A stretch of 64,000 bases of DNA from Rebecca billardiae RCC1528 (lineage: Eukaryota > Protista > Haptophyta), in NCBI GenBank assembly GCA_965240325.2, contig OZ251237.1, forward strand, positions 372,001-436,000, given 5' to 3'. The notes under the pieces are model-generated. The model saw nothing but the letters and a program-made list of their open reading frames with translations. It did no database searches and was not told where the DNA came from. This document shows positions 32,785-45,218 of this stretch, one piece after another. Each line of letters begins with the position of its first letter. Position 1 is the stretch's first letter. The position numbers were made by a program, and so were the translations under genes.

Positions 32785-35533
32785 ATGTGGGGTGCCGCGC
32801 GTGCGGCGCTGCTCGTGCTCGTTCTGTTCAAGCCAGCGCCTGTTCAGGCCATCGCCATGGCCTCCGACCTCACGCGCGCCTGCGAGGCGCTCGAGCTCCC
32901 GGTGGTGCTCGACGCTCTGGCGGCGCGCACGCGCACGCAGCGCGGTGCCCATATGGCGCGAAGCGCGCACGCGCGCTTGGCGCGCTTGGCTGCGTCACCG
33001 GTCGACATCGCGGCCGCGTACGCACCGACAGCCGAGGCGCTGGCGTTGCTGCATGACGAGGGGCCGCTGCCGCCGCTGCCGCCCATCGGTGCAGACGCGG
33101 CCCTCGGCGCGATCGCCGCGGATGACGCTGCTCTCGGGCTCGCCGCGCTTCAGGCGATCGCGCAGCTATGCACCGCCGTGCATGCCGCATACGGCTGGGG
33201 CGCGAGTGACGAGTCGTCGCGACGCGCACCCGCGCTCGCAGGGCTAGCGCGCGTGCCATGGGAGCCGCACGCTGACGAGCGGCCGCCCCTGATCTCGCTG
33301 CACGCGGCGCTCGATGGCGCGATCGAGGCGCGCACCGGGGGCAGCGCAGACACCGCCGTCGCCGACCAGCTGAGCGACCAGCTGTGGGAGCTCTCCGCGG
33401 CCAAGTTCCCCGACATCAGGCGCGGGCGCGAGCGCGTCGCAGCGCTCGCGGCCGAGCGTGACGCGCGCGCGGCCGAGCTCGTGCGCACCACCGAGTTCCG
33501 CGAGCGCACCGGCGGGGGCTCGGCCCTCGCGGAGGTCGAGGGCCGTCTCGCGGTGCGCATGGCTCCGACGAACAAATCTGCGGTCGGGCGCACGGTGCGC
33601 GTGTCGCGCAGCGGCGCGTCGGTGCTCGTGGAGCCGCGCGCGCTGCGTGCGCAGAGCGACGCGCTCGCCAAGGCACGCGCAGAGCTCGCCGAGGCCGAGG
33701 GCGCCGCCGTGGCTGCGCTGGCGACGCTGGTGCGCGCGCACGCGCGCGAGCTGAGCGCAGCTGCCGACGCGCTCGCTGAGCTCGACCTGTGCCTCGCGCG
33801 CGCGCGCCTGGGGCTGTCGTGGGGCGGGCGCGTGCCGCACGCGGTGGGGGAGGAGGGCGTGCTCTGCCTGCGCGCGGTGCGCAACCCCGCCCTCGAGGCG
33901 CTGCGGCTGCAGCATCCGCGGTCGGAGCCGCCATTGCCCGCGGTCGTCGGCCACGACGTCGCGCTCGGCCCGCCGGCACGCGGCAGCACGGCGCGCGCGG
34001 CGCTCGTCTTGAGCGGTGTGAACGGCGGCGGCAAGACGGCGCTGCTCAAGAGCGTGGGGCTGATCGCGCTGCTCGTGCGCATGGGCGTGCCGCTCCCGGC
34101 CGGAGCGCGCGCCGAGCTCGACGGCGAGCTCTCGGCCGGAGCTGTGCCCGTGCCCGGTGCGCCTGAGGCTCTGCAGTGCGGCCGCGTGGACTGCTTCGCG
34201 AGCGTGCTCACCGACCTGCCCAGCGCGGTCGACTCGCGTCTCGTGGCACGCCAGTCCACGTTCATGGCCAAGCTGCACGCGCACAGGCGCATTCTGGAAG
34301 CGTGCGCGGCGGACGGCAGCGCCGAGCCGGCCACGTCGCTCGTGCTGGGGACGTCCAGCTCGTGCGTCCAGCTCGTGCTGCTGGACGAGCTGGGCTGCTC
34401 CGGCTCCGAGCCCACGACCGCGGCTGCGCTCGCCGTCGCGACCCTCGAGGCGCTGCTCAACGCCACCGCCGACGCGGACGCTCGGGTGGCGGGTGCGCAC
34501 AGCCGCGTGCGCACGGTGTGCACGACGCACGCGCACGAGCTCAAGCTGTTCGCCCTGGCGCGCCTCGCCGGTGCCGGGGGTCGACGTGGCCTCTGGCGCC
34601 CTGCTCGTCGACCCCGGCACCGGCGAGCCCACGTTCGAGTGCGTGACCGATGCGCACGGCGGCGAGTCGGCGGCAGGCGCGGCGGTGGTCGGCCGCTCGG
34701 ATGCGCTCGCCGCTGCGGAGCGCGCGCAGCTGCCGGCGGCGCTGTGCGCCAGGGCCGCAGAGCTGGCGGGTCCTGCTGCCACGCAGGCGCTCGGCCGGCT
34801 CGACGCGCTCGCCGACGAGCTTGCGCGCACACTCGCGAGAGCAAAGGCCGCAGAGACGGCCGCCGCGGCCGAGCTCGAGCGCGCTGCCAAAGCCGCGGCC
34901 GAGCTGGATCGGGAGCGCGCCTCCCTCCACGCGGCAGCCGAGCGGATCGCTCGCGTGGGCAGCGCGGCTCAGCCGCGGGCTGGGGCGCAGGCGCAGCGGG
35001 AAAGAGCCTCGGTGGCGGGCGGGATGGAGGGCGCGCAGGCGCAGCAGCCGAGCCAGGGCGAGCTGAGCAGCGCGGAGCTCGCGCAGATGGGCCTCCGCCG
35101 GCTCGCACCGTCCGACCTGCGCCGCCCGGGCGTGGGCGTGCAGGTGGTCAGCCCGGCCTCCGAGTGGGACGGGTGCATGGGCAGGCTGCTGCCACCGGGC
35201 GTGGACCAGGCCGAGGGCAAGATCCGTGTGCGCATGAACGCCCTCTCGGGCGACGCAGCCCTCGGAGGCGACGAGGTGCTCGTGGACGTCGCCTTTGACG
35301 CGGCCGAGCTCGCGACGTGGGACGACGGCTTCCAGCCCGACACGCAAGGCGATGGTGGCGGGCAGGATGCAGCCGATGCGGACGCGGCGTGGGCGTCGCT
35401 GGTGGCCGAGGCAGAGGCAGGCTCCTCTGCCACCGCAGCAGACGCGAGTCAACGCCAACAGCCGCTGTCCAAGCGTGCTGTAGCTGCGAAGCTCAAGCGG
35501 CGGGCAGGCAGTCGTGGGCGCAAGGGCAGGTGA
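32785..35533 (+). CDS. MutS2-like ATPase with N-terminal signal peptide; frameshift at ~34560; no Smr domain seen
   Basis: SRSGASVLVEP, SGVNGGGKTALLKSVGL, STFMAKL, LVLLDELG, TTHAHELK, then PTFEC..GRSDALAAAERAQLP in the next frame. Confidence 0.8.
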
Positions 35534-36404
35534 CGACGGACTCGGGACTGACGCGCAGCACGATTCAGCACTCGCCTGCTCTGCCAGTGCGCAACTCTCC
35601 GCGCGCTCGCGCCTGCGCGGCGAGCACGCTTGCAGGCTTATTGATGTCGTCGTCGTAGTTGTCGTTCTCAGAATCTGATAGTCATCAGGCATCTTGGCCA
35701 GCAATATTACTAGCTATATAAGACTGCAGCGCCTGCCTGAGTAGATTATGCCGATAGATGCGCGTGATTGCGCGATGACGCGTGCGTACTCGTCGGCGTA
35801 CGTATATATATATATATATAGTATACAGTCTGACAAGCAGAGAGTTACTCTAGTAGCCCGCTACTACTTACTAGCACAGTCCGAGTCGCACGGTGCCCGC
35901 CACGTTGGCAAGTCATCAGCATCATCATCATCACGCGCGAGTTACCGCGAGTGTAGTGCCGCATGGCGGGCGCCGCATGGTCCTCGACCTCTGCGTGCTG
36001 CGCCCGCCGTCACACTCACACTGGGACAGTGGCGGCCTGGCCCGCTGGCCCCTGGCCGGTACCTGGCCGCGGCTGGCCGCAGGCACCGCTGCCGCTGGCA
36101 GGCACGGCAGCCACCGGCGCGCGCGTCACTCATCACAATTCACATCGGCTACGGCGCGACCTCGTCGTGACCTCGTCTGACGTCTGACGACAGCGCTCGA
36201 TCGGTCCACACTGATCGTCAGCCCTGGCGGCTCCGCGGCCGTGCAGCGCCACTGCTTATGTGCGACCGGATCGCATCGAATATCGATATCGGACTCACAG
36301 CCTCGACGGTGGGCGGGTGGCCTCGACGGTGGACCCTCGGCCTCGACGGTGGCAACGCCATGTCTCATGCAATGTCGACAATTGGTTTTCGCGCGGGGTT
36401 GTGG

Positions 36405-39112
36405 TTAGTTCTTGACAAAGGAGATGACCATGATCGTCGTGTCGTCGGTCGACGAGCCGAGGAGCTCCTCGCCCTTCGTCTTTGTCGTCGCGAGCAGCTG
36501 CTCGCACGCTGCGCTCACACCATCCTGCGTGGTCAGGTCGTAGCCGCTCTGCAGCACCTGCGAGTGCACACGCGCCGTGCGGTGCGCGCGGCGCGGGGAC
36601 GGCGCGAGTGCTCGGTGGCGTGCGGCGCGTGCGGTGGCGCACGCGCGGGCATGCGCGGGCGTGCGCTCGCGCGGCTCGCGGCTCGCGCACGCGCGCACCT
36701 CGTCGATCGCCTCCTCGTACGCGAACAGGTCCCACAGCCCGTCCGAGCCGACGATCAGCACGAGCGGCTCGAGCGACGCGGCGGGCTCGCTCAGGTCGAG
36801 CAGCGTGACCTCGGGCTTCCACGTGAGGCCGCACGTCTGCAGGTGCGGGTCGCCGAGCGAGCGCGTGACCGCGAGCCGCGGGCCGACCTCGCCGCCCTCG
36901 GGCGGCGGCGCGGTGACCAGCGCCGGCCGCTCGGCGCGCACGCTCTTGTACCCTGTCGCGCCGCGCGCGGTGCGCGCGCGAGCGAGCGCGGTGCGCGCGT
37001 GCGCGGCGTGAGTGGTGAGAGCGGTGGCGGCAGCGCCCGGTGCCGCGTGCGGCGCCGAGTGCGCGCGCGCGCGCGCGCACCGACGCCGCGCAGGTCGGCC
37101 TGCTCGGCCGCCTCGTCGGAGAACTCGACCTCGCCCGTGCGCTCGTCCTCCGCAAAGACGCGCAGCAGCTCGGCGGTCGGGCAGTCGTACACGAACTGGA
37201 GCTCGTTGTGCTGCAGCGCGCGCGTGCGCTTGAACTCGCTGACGGAGCACGGCGTGTGGTCGGAGGTGAGCTTCTCCGCGCTCACGCCGCCGCCGTCGAC
37301 GGCCTCCCCGCCGAGGACGGCGTCGGAGTCGCCGACGTGCGCGATGAGCAGCAGGTGGCCGTCCACGAGAGCGACCACGGTCGCGGTCGTGCCGCCCTCC
37401 GCCGGCAGCTTCGTCTTGGGGTCGAGCGGCGTGGAGACGAGGGCGTCGACGTCCGCGCCGCCCGAGGACCACTTGCGCGCGTGGTCGACGGCGCCGGTGG
37501 CGCGGCCGATGGCGTCGAGCACGGCGACGTGGCCGTCGAGGAAGAGGCTCGCCAGCGCGCCCTGCGCGTCCGACACGAGCCGTTGCGAGTTGCGCGGCGC
37601 GTCAAACCAACCCTCCATCGCGCGCGCCGCCGCCTGCGACGCGATCGCGCCGTGCGTGCCGCCGTGCCCGTCGAGCACGCCGACCACGAGGCCCGCGTCG
37701 GTGGGGTGCGCAAAGTACGAGTCCTGGTTGGGCCTCGAGAGGTGGCGCTCGCTCGTCGCCATGCTCGAGCCGCCCGCCGACGTCGCCGCGGCGTACAGCG
37801 CGCGCACGAGCGGCTTTGGACCGCTCGGCGCCGCGGCGCCGCCGGCCGCGGCCGCGGCCGCAGCCGTCGCGGCGGCGGCCGCCGGCCGCGGCGAGGGCTC
37901 GCGCGGCGCGCCCGCGTCCGCGCCGGTCGCAGCCGCGTCGTCGCCCGCGCTCGGCTGCCCGCCGCCGTTCGGCGGGCTGCTGCTGCTCGCGGCGCGCGCC
38001 GCCTCGCGCTCGGCCGCCTCGTCCTCGCGCGCGCGCGGCGGCGGCGCGGCGGCGACCGCGGCGGCGGCGCGCGGCGCGGCCGGCTTGGGCGCGACGGCGG
38101 CCGCGGAGGCCGCCGCGCGCGGCGCGCCGCCCAGCTCCTCCAGCTTCTGCTCGACCATCTTGCGCTGCGCCGCGCTCATCCGCGGCACGCCCTTGGGCGG
38201 CGCGTCGGCGGTCGCCAGCAGCTCGAGCAGGTCGTCGCGGCCGCCGTCGACGTCGGCGCTTTTGAGCTTCATGTTCGCGATGGAGATGCCGTCGGCCGGG
38301 TGGTGCACGAGGGCGTACGCCGCCTGGAAGCACGCGTGCGCCTCCGCGACCTCGCCCGCGCGGTTCGCCGCGTGCCCCGCGGCGCGCATGCGCGCGGCGA
38401 GCTCGGCGGCGCGCTCGGCGTGCGCCGGCGCCGCGTGGCCGGCGGCGATGCTCACGGCGAGCTGCGCGCCGCGCGCGCGCCGCACGGCCGCCTCCGCCTC
38501 GGCGTGCTTGCGCTGGACGGCCTGGGCCTCCGCGCGCGTGAGGCTCGCCCCCGGCTCGATCGCCCGGTCGAAGTAGCGCAGCACCAGCTCGGGCGCGGCG
38601 AGCCAGCCGCTCTTGAGCTTCATGTTGCACATCGAGAGCAGGAGCGCCGGCTTGGCGTCGAGCGCGTACGCGGCGCCAAAGTACTGGTACGCGATCTTGA
38701 AGTTGCCCTGCGCGTTGCTCGCGTGGCCGTGGTGCGCGAGCTGCGGCGCCGAGCGCCCCGCGCCCGCCGCGTGCTGCCGCCGCGCCGCGCAGGCCTGCTG
38801 CGCCTCGTCGAGCTTGCGCTTGACCGCGGTCTGCTCGGCAGCGAGCGACTTGTCGCGCGGGTCGGCGGCGCGGAGCTCCTCGAGCAGCGCGCGCAGGCCG
38901 GCGCACGCGAGGAAGGGCTCGCGCGCGATCGACGTGTACAGCAGCGAGACGAGCGACGTCGTCGAGCCCGAGAGCAGGTACGACGCCTCGAACGCGCGCA
39001 GCGCGCCGCCAACGTCGCGAGCCTCCGCGCGCTTGTCTCCGTTCGCGACGATCGCGGAGTCCACCTCGAGCGAGAGCGCGGCGTACGAGCGGTGCAGCTG
39101 CGTGTTCGACAT
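36405..39112 (-). CDS. PP2C (PPM) phosphatase with N-terminal TPR-like repeats (introns 36953-37080, 36558-36698)
   Basis: NQDSY, GVLDGHGG, GGTTAT, AHVGDS, LAVTRSLGD, GSDGLWD, DDTT. Confidence 0.9.
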
Positions 39113-39430
39113 GCGCGCCGCTGTGCGCTCTCGCCCCCTCTGTGCGCGGCAGTCTCTGCGCGCCGAGCCGCGCTGTGCGCCGAGCTGGGGCCGCCCAAAA
39201 TTTCGGCTCCCGATCGATGAGCACCTTTGACTGCCCGCTTGCACCCGTCGTCTCTGTCGTCCGGCGTCTCGTTCCCGGACTTTCTTCGAGGATCGCGCGG
39301 ATTCTCGGTGGCTTTTTCTCCGCGCCCCTCCTCCTCGTCACTCGATCGAGTGTCTCGACTAGCTGAGTTAGGTCAGTCTCAGACCTGAAGCCTCATGAGT
39401 CCGAGTGGCAGTCTCAGCGGCACGGCATCG

Positions 39431-41335
39431 TCAGGCTGCGTGCGTGTGGGAGTGGTCGTGATGCTCCTGGTGCTGCTGCGACACATCGGCACCAAGCATC
39501 GCGTCGGCTGCCGCGAAGACGGGCGCCATCCCGTCCGGCACGGGCGCGAGCACGTCGCCCGGACGCGGCGGGCGCAGCGCGCCGTGGTCCGCGCGGGCGT
39601 CTTCGAGCGCGGCGAGCTCCGCGTCGGTCGCGAGCGCGCCGTCGAGGAGCGCCTCGAGCGCGTCCCCGTCCAGCCGCAACCCGATGAAGACGAGCTCCGT
39701 GCCGCGCGCGCCAAAGGCAGAGGCGGGCGTCCCGTGGGCGTGGGCGGCGCTGTCGGGTGGCGCGTCGTGCCAGCGCCCGGCGACGCGGCAGTCCACGTCG
39801 ACGCCGGCCGTCTGCCACTCGAGCACGTACGCGGGCTGCTGCGTCACCCACGCGTACCCCTTGGAGCGCAGCACCGAGCGCAGCGCGGGCGGGTCGCCGG
39901 CGATGATGGCCCACAGCCGCGCGGCGTCGAACGGCCGGCCTCGCTCGTACGCGTGCGCGCGCACGCCGTACGCCTCGCTCTCGGGGGTGTGCACCTCGCT
40001 GAGCTCGCGCACCCAGCCCGCCGTCGCCGCCACGCGGCCCAGGTTGAACCGGCCCGTCGCCACCACCTCGCCCACGTCCACGCGCGCGTGGCTCGTCACC
40101 AGCAGCCGCGCGGCCGGGTTGACGGCGCGCAGGTACGCGCACACCTGCGCCACGCGCTGCGGCGGCGCGAGGTCCGCCTTGTTGAGGACGAGCACGTCGG
40201 CCGCCTCGACCTGCTGCGCCATCAGCGTGCCCAGGTCGCGCGCGTCCTCCGCGCTCACCGCCATCCGCCGCTGCTGCAGCGTGTCCCCCGCGCTCAGGTC
40301 GGCGAAGAACGCGGCCGCGTCGACGACGCTCACCATCGTGTCGAGCCGCGCGAGCGCGTGCAACGAGACGCCGTGCGCGTCGGCGCGCGCAAAGGCGTGC
40401 GCGACGGCGAGCGGCTCGCTCACGCCGGTCGACTCGACGATGCAGTACTCGAAGCGCCCCATCCGCGCGAGCCGCGCGAGCTCGTCCACCAGGTCGTCGC
40501 GCAGCGTGCAGCAGATGCAGCCGTTCGACAGCTCCACCACCTCGCGCTCGCGCTCGCGCTCGCGCGCAGCCGAGCGCACGGCGGCGGGCGCGGCGGCGGG
40601 CGGCGCGGCGGTGCCGGGGGCAGGCGCGGCGGGGCGGGGCGGGGCCCGCACGAGGCGCGCGTCGATGTTCAGCTCGCTCATGTCGTTCACCACCACCGCC
40701 ACCTGCCACCCCGCCGTGTTGTGCAGCACGTGCTGCAGCAGCGTCGTCTTGCCCGCGCCGAGGAAGCCGGACAGCAGCGTCACGCGCATGGGCGCCGCGG
40801 GCAGCGCGGCGGCGAGGGCGAGCGGCGCGTCGGCGGCGTCTGCCCCCTCGCCGGTGCCGTCGGAGAGCACGCGCGCGAGGAGCGGCGGCGCCTCGGCGGG
40901 CGCCGCCTCGCGCATGCGCGCGAGCGCGGCAGCTGCCGCTGCAGAGCCGCCAGCCTCTGCGCGCACGAGCCGAGACTCGATCGCAGCGAGCGACGAGGTG
41001 CACAGCGCGGCCTGCGCCTCGTCTGGCGCGTGCGCCTGCAGCGCGAGCGCCTGGCGGAAGGCTTGCCACGCCCGCTCCAGCACCAGCCGCCCCTCGCCCT
41101 CGGCCTCGGCCTCGGCCTCGCCGCCGACCGTCTCGAGGTCGGAGGACGTGCGCGCATCCGCGAGCACGAGGCCGAGCGTGACGTGAGCGAGTGGGAGCGC
41201 CGGGGCGGCATCGACCATGGCCTGAGCGGCATTGAGCGCGAGCACACGCGCGCGCGAATCGCCCGCCGCCGCACGTCGCAGGCCCTCGAGGGCCTGCGCG
41301 CGCAGTTCGAGCGCGGGCACGTCGGCGTCGGCCAT
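39431..41335 (-). CDS. COG0523/CobW-family metallochaperone GTPase
   Basis: GFLGAGKTT, VVVNDMSELNID, SNGCICCT, ESTGVSEP, NKADL, RSKG/ELVFIG, and a His-rich tail. Confidence 0.93.
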   Translation of the reverse strand: MADADVPALELRAQALEGLRRAAAGDSRARVLALNAAQAMVDAAPALPLAHVTLGLVLADARTSSDLETVGGEAEAEAEGEGRLVLERAWQAFRQALALQAHAPDEAQAALCTSSLAAIESRLVRAEAGGSAAAAAALARMREAAPAEAPPLLARVLSDGTGEGADAADAPLALAAALPAAPMRVTLLSGFLGAGKTTLLQHVLHNTAGWQVAVVVNDMSELNIDARLVRAPPRPAAPAPGTAAPPAAAPAAVRSAAREREREREVVELSNGCICCTLRDDLVDELARLARMGRFEYCIVESTGVSEPLAVAHAFARADAHGVSLHALARLDTMVSVVDAAAFFADLSAGDTLQQRRMAVSAEDARDLGTLMAQQVEAADVLVLNKADLAPPQRVAQVCAYLRAVNPAARLLVTSHARVDVGEVVATGRFNLGRVAATAGWVRELSEVHTPESEAYGVRAHAYERGRPFDAARLWAIIAGDPPALRSVLRSKGYAWVTQQPAYVLEWQTAGVDVDCRVAGRWHDAPPDSAAHAHGTPASAFGARGTELVFIGLRLDGDALEALLDGALATDAELAALEDARADHGALRPPRPGDVLAPVPDGMAPVFAAADAMLGADVSQQHQEHHDHSHTHAA

Positions 41336-41633
41336 CGCTCGAGGAGGTGCTAGCTATCGGATGTACCCGCCTACCGCACCCGCGACTACTTTATACAAAG
41401 GGCTTGCCGCGCCTAAAAACACTAGATACCAGGATCACGTATTCAAGCTCAAAATCGGCCATAGTGATGCTGGGCATTCGCCAAACCCGCCTATTGGCCG
41501 CTTATTGGTCCCCCCGCCCGCTTCTAAGGCTGCGCGCGCGCGGCGCGCCCGCCGTGGTGGTATCCCGCACGGCGACGCGCGAGGCGGCCGCGCTCGCCCG
41601 GCGGCTGCGCACCATCGCGTGCGGGGCGGCAGA

Positions 41634-44334
41634 ATGACGAGATCGAGTTCCCCGGCCCGCGGCCGGGCGTCGAGCCCCGGCCCGGGCCGTCCCGCGAGCC
41701 CCAGGACGGCCGCTGCCCAGCGGCGCGCGACGCTTCAAAAGAAGATGACGATCATGCGCGAGCGCAGCGACATGCTCGCGCAGCCGCGGTCGGCGCGCCT
41801 CTCCGGGGCTGCGCCACCCACCAGTATGGGCGCATCGGACATGCTCGCGCAGCCGCGGTCGGCGCGCCTCTCCGGGGCTGCGGCACCCCACAATCTGAGC
41901 GTATCCGATGAGCGCAGCGCGTCCGCCGCGGCGGCGATCGCGGCGCCACGCTCGACGCCACCCATGTCCACGCGCCTAGAGGCGGCCCGGATCGAGGCCG
42001 CCGCCGCTGCGGCCGCCGCGCGCCGAACGGGCACGACGCACCTCGAGCTGGTCAATATGGATCGGCGGCGAAGCAGCTCAGCGGCGTCGAACGTGACGCT
42101 GCCGCCTGCTGATCTGTCTCGCGCCAGCTCGGCGATCCCCAGCTCGATCCCGTCTGTGCTCGAGGGCACGCGCGCCTCGGAGCTGCTGAGCGTGCTGCGC
42201 GCGCTCGCGCACGTCTCAGAGCAGCCCGCGGGCGACCACTTCGCCGCGCGACTGCGCGCGCTGCTCGCGGCGCCCGACGCGCCGGCGACGGTGGGTGAGC
42301 TCGAGCGCGCGTGGCGGGCACACATCAGCGCCTCGCACGACACGCCGCCGCCCGGCACGCCCGTCGACGGCGACGAGATGCGCGGGCGGCTCGCGCGGCA
42401 GTCGACGCGCGTCGGCGACGAGGACAACGAGCCGAGCGTCGAGTCGCGCGCGGGGACGGTGCTGCTCTTCGGCGGGGTCGGCGGCGTGGGCGGCGGCGCA
42501 GTGCGCTCGCCGGCGTGGGCGCACTCAGACGGCGCGACCGCGGCCGACGCCGCGACGCCGCCGCCGTCCGAGGCGGGCACCCCGATGGTGGTCGCGGCCG
42601 CGGCGGCGGCCATCGAGGGCGAGCGCGCGGTCGTCACGTCGCTCGAGAAGCAGCTCGCGGCCGAGAGCGACCGGCTGGCGGGCGTGCGCGTGGGCAAGCG
42701 CGCGCTGCACAGCGCGCTCGTCGACGCCGACTCGGCCCTCGACGCCACGACGCAGCGGGCGGCGAGCGCGGCCGCGAGCGCGCGCGACGCGATGCGCGAG
42801 CGCGCCGAGCTGGCGGTCGTGACGGCCGCGCTGCGCGAGGCGCTGGCAGACGCGGACCAATCGCTGCAGGGCGCGCTGCGCCGCGTGAGCGCGAGCGCAG
42901 CCACCGGCGCCGTGCCGAGCGTGCCGGCCGGCGACGGCCCGCACGGCCGGCTGCCGACGCCCACGGGCGCCGGCGTGGCCAACGGACCGAGCGCGGCCGT
43001 GGCGCAGTCGCCGCCGAGCGCGCGCAAGGGCGGCGCGAGCGGCGGCACGGTGGTCGCCGACGGCCGCGCGCGCACCTCGGTCACGCAGGCAGCGGACGCG
43101 CAGCTCGAGGCGCGGCTGGCGACGATGGCGGCGAAGAACGAGGTGCGCACGCGCATGCCCGCCGCCCTCGCCGCCGCGCACTGCCCGCCGCCCCTCTCTG
43201 CCGCGCGCGCGGCTGACAACCCACCCGCGCCCTCCGCGCGCGTCCGCCCGCGCGCTCCCTTCCGCCGCCGCCGCCGCGCAGGCCATGGCCAACGCTCTGG
43301 ACGCGGCCGGGCGCGAGCTGCAGCTGCTGCAGGAGATGACACCGTGCGCCGTCTTCTCGCTGTCCGCGCTCGGCACGGTCGTCGGCTGGAACCGCGCCGC
43401 GGCGGAGGTGACCGGCTGGCGCAAGGAGGAGGTGGGGCACCGCCACTTCGTCGAGTGCTTCGTGCCGGAGCACTGCCAGGAGCGAACGGCGGAAGCGCTC
43501 GAGACCGCCTTCTCCACCGAGCCCGCGGACCCGCTCGCCGATGAGCCCACCGATCCGTTCGAGTTCGAGCTGGCGCTGCAGCCGCCCGCGGGCGGGACGG
43601 GCGCGGACGGGCTCAAGCTGAGCGCGCGCATCGGCACGCGGCGCGACGCGCACGGCGAGCCCCTCGGGCTGCTGTGCGTGCAGGAGCTGTCGGGCGTCAA
43701 CGAGCCGCTCAAGGTGCGCGGCGCGCGCACACACGCGCCGGACTCGCGCGCGCGTGCACGTGCGCGTGCGCGCGGGCGTGCGCGCGTGTGCGCGCACGCC
43801 CGGCTGCTGAGCACCGCCTGCCCGCCCTCGCCGCCGCGCCGCGCCGCGCAGACGGCCGTCGAGCTGCAGCGCGCGCTCGACGACGAGCGCAGAAAGCTCG
43901 GCGCGCGCGAGGTCGAGCTCGATGCCCTGCAGGAGGAGGTGGGCGCTCTGCGCTCGCAGCTGCTGATCGCGCTCGATGTGGCGACGAGCAACGGCACGGT
44001 CGCGGGCAAGCTCGCCCCGCCCGATCGCGGGGCAGGCGCCATCGAGCCCGACTCGGTCACGCCGCGGCCGGCGGACGCTGGCGGCGGCGGCTCAATCGTG
44101 CGCCGGGGCGTGCGCTGGGCAGCGGGCCGCCAGCTCGAGGAGGCGGTGGGCTTCAGGAAGACGGCGCCGCCGAGCGCCGTCTCGGCGACGCGTGCGCACA
44201 ACGCGGCGATCGCGCCGTTCACGCACATCGTCGGCGGCGGCTCGTCCGGCCCGGGGGCCTCCGCATCGCCATCGGCGGGTGGATCCACGTCGGTCAGCGC
44301 CAAGCGCGGCGGCACGCGCACCGGAAGGCGGTGA
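41634..44334 (+). CDS. Coiled-coil protein with one PAS domain (introns 43143-43281, 43714-43851)
   Basis: AVFSLSALGTVVGWNRAAAEVTGWRKEEVGHRHFVECFVP is a PAS core flanked by heptad-rich segments. Confidence 0.7.
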
Positions 44335-44603
44335 CGATCGTGACGAGTGAGTGAGTGCGTGGTGAGTGAGTGAGCTTAGCAGTAGTACTCTATCGCGCAT
44401 AAAATTTTGCGATTCGCCACCCTTCACCTTGGCGCAGCAGGCTTACTTGCGCATGGTTTTGCCCGCTATCGGAGCGTTGCGCCAGCTGCCAGCTGGACAA
44501 ACGCGAGGGACCCAGGCTTCGTAAAAAATTAACACGCAGCTGTGCTGGTGGGTAAATCAGTAAATCAGTAATCACATGTAGAGCTCTTACAGTTTAATAC
44601 CGA

Positions 44604-44629
44604 TATGTTTTAACGTGCACACTTGGTTA
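44604..44629 (+). repeat. 26-bp dispersed repeat; inverted copy at 49990-50015
   Basis: TATGTTTTAACGTGCACACTTGGTTA and its reverse complement. Confidence 0.9.
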
Positions 44630-44783
44630 GGGGTTTACAAGGGGCGGTACTAATTCTATATGATTTAAAGACACAGGCACGAGCAGGGCGCAGCTCTTCT
44701 AGCGCTGATAGCGCGTTGGCCGCGGGTGAGGTCCGAGTCGTCGTCGCCGATGCTGATCACACGGAGCCGGAGGTAGTAGCCCG

Positions 44784-44832
44784 TACAGTTTACTAAGAAT
44801 AAGAGACGCACACAGCTCAGGCAGGCGAGATT
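44784..44832 (+). repeat. 49-bp dispersed repeat, copy 1
   Basis: TACAGTTTACTAAGAATAAGAGACGCACACAGCTCAGGCAGGCGAGATT. Confidence 0.95.
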
Positions 44833-45027
44833 ACAGTAGGCGCCCAGGGCCAGGGATGCCGCTCGGTATTTGCACAGTCCGGTCGCCGGCCTTGGTCATC
44901 ATGTAGTTGCCCGCGTTCAAGTTGATGCCGTAGTGCAGGTAGTGGATGTGGTCGCCCTGGCCGCCCTTGCCGTTGAGGAAGTAGTCGCCCTTGCCGTTGA
45001 GGAACAAGTCGTCGCCCAGCATATCAT

Positions 45028-45076
45028 TACAGTTTACTAAGAATAAGAGACGCACACAGCTCAGGCAGGCGAGATT
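45028..45076 (+). repeat. 49-bp dispersed repeat, copy 2
   Basis: Identical to copy 1; flanked by TATCA on both sides (possible target-site duplication). Confidence 0.95.
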
Positions 45077-45218
45077 ATCAGCTGATGATAAAGGCCGCCG
45101 GCAAAAAAATAAAAGCGCGGCGCGAAGTGCAAGGTCGCCGTTTCGCCCCACGATGGGGTCGTCTCGCTGACGGCCACGACGCAGGGTGCCCTCGACAGCC
45201 TGAGCGAGTCCGCACGAC

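Noticed and set aside
41768-41882. Duplicated SDMLAQPRSARLSGAA segment
   Set aside because: Simple internal duplication in a disordered N-terminus; no wider pattern.
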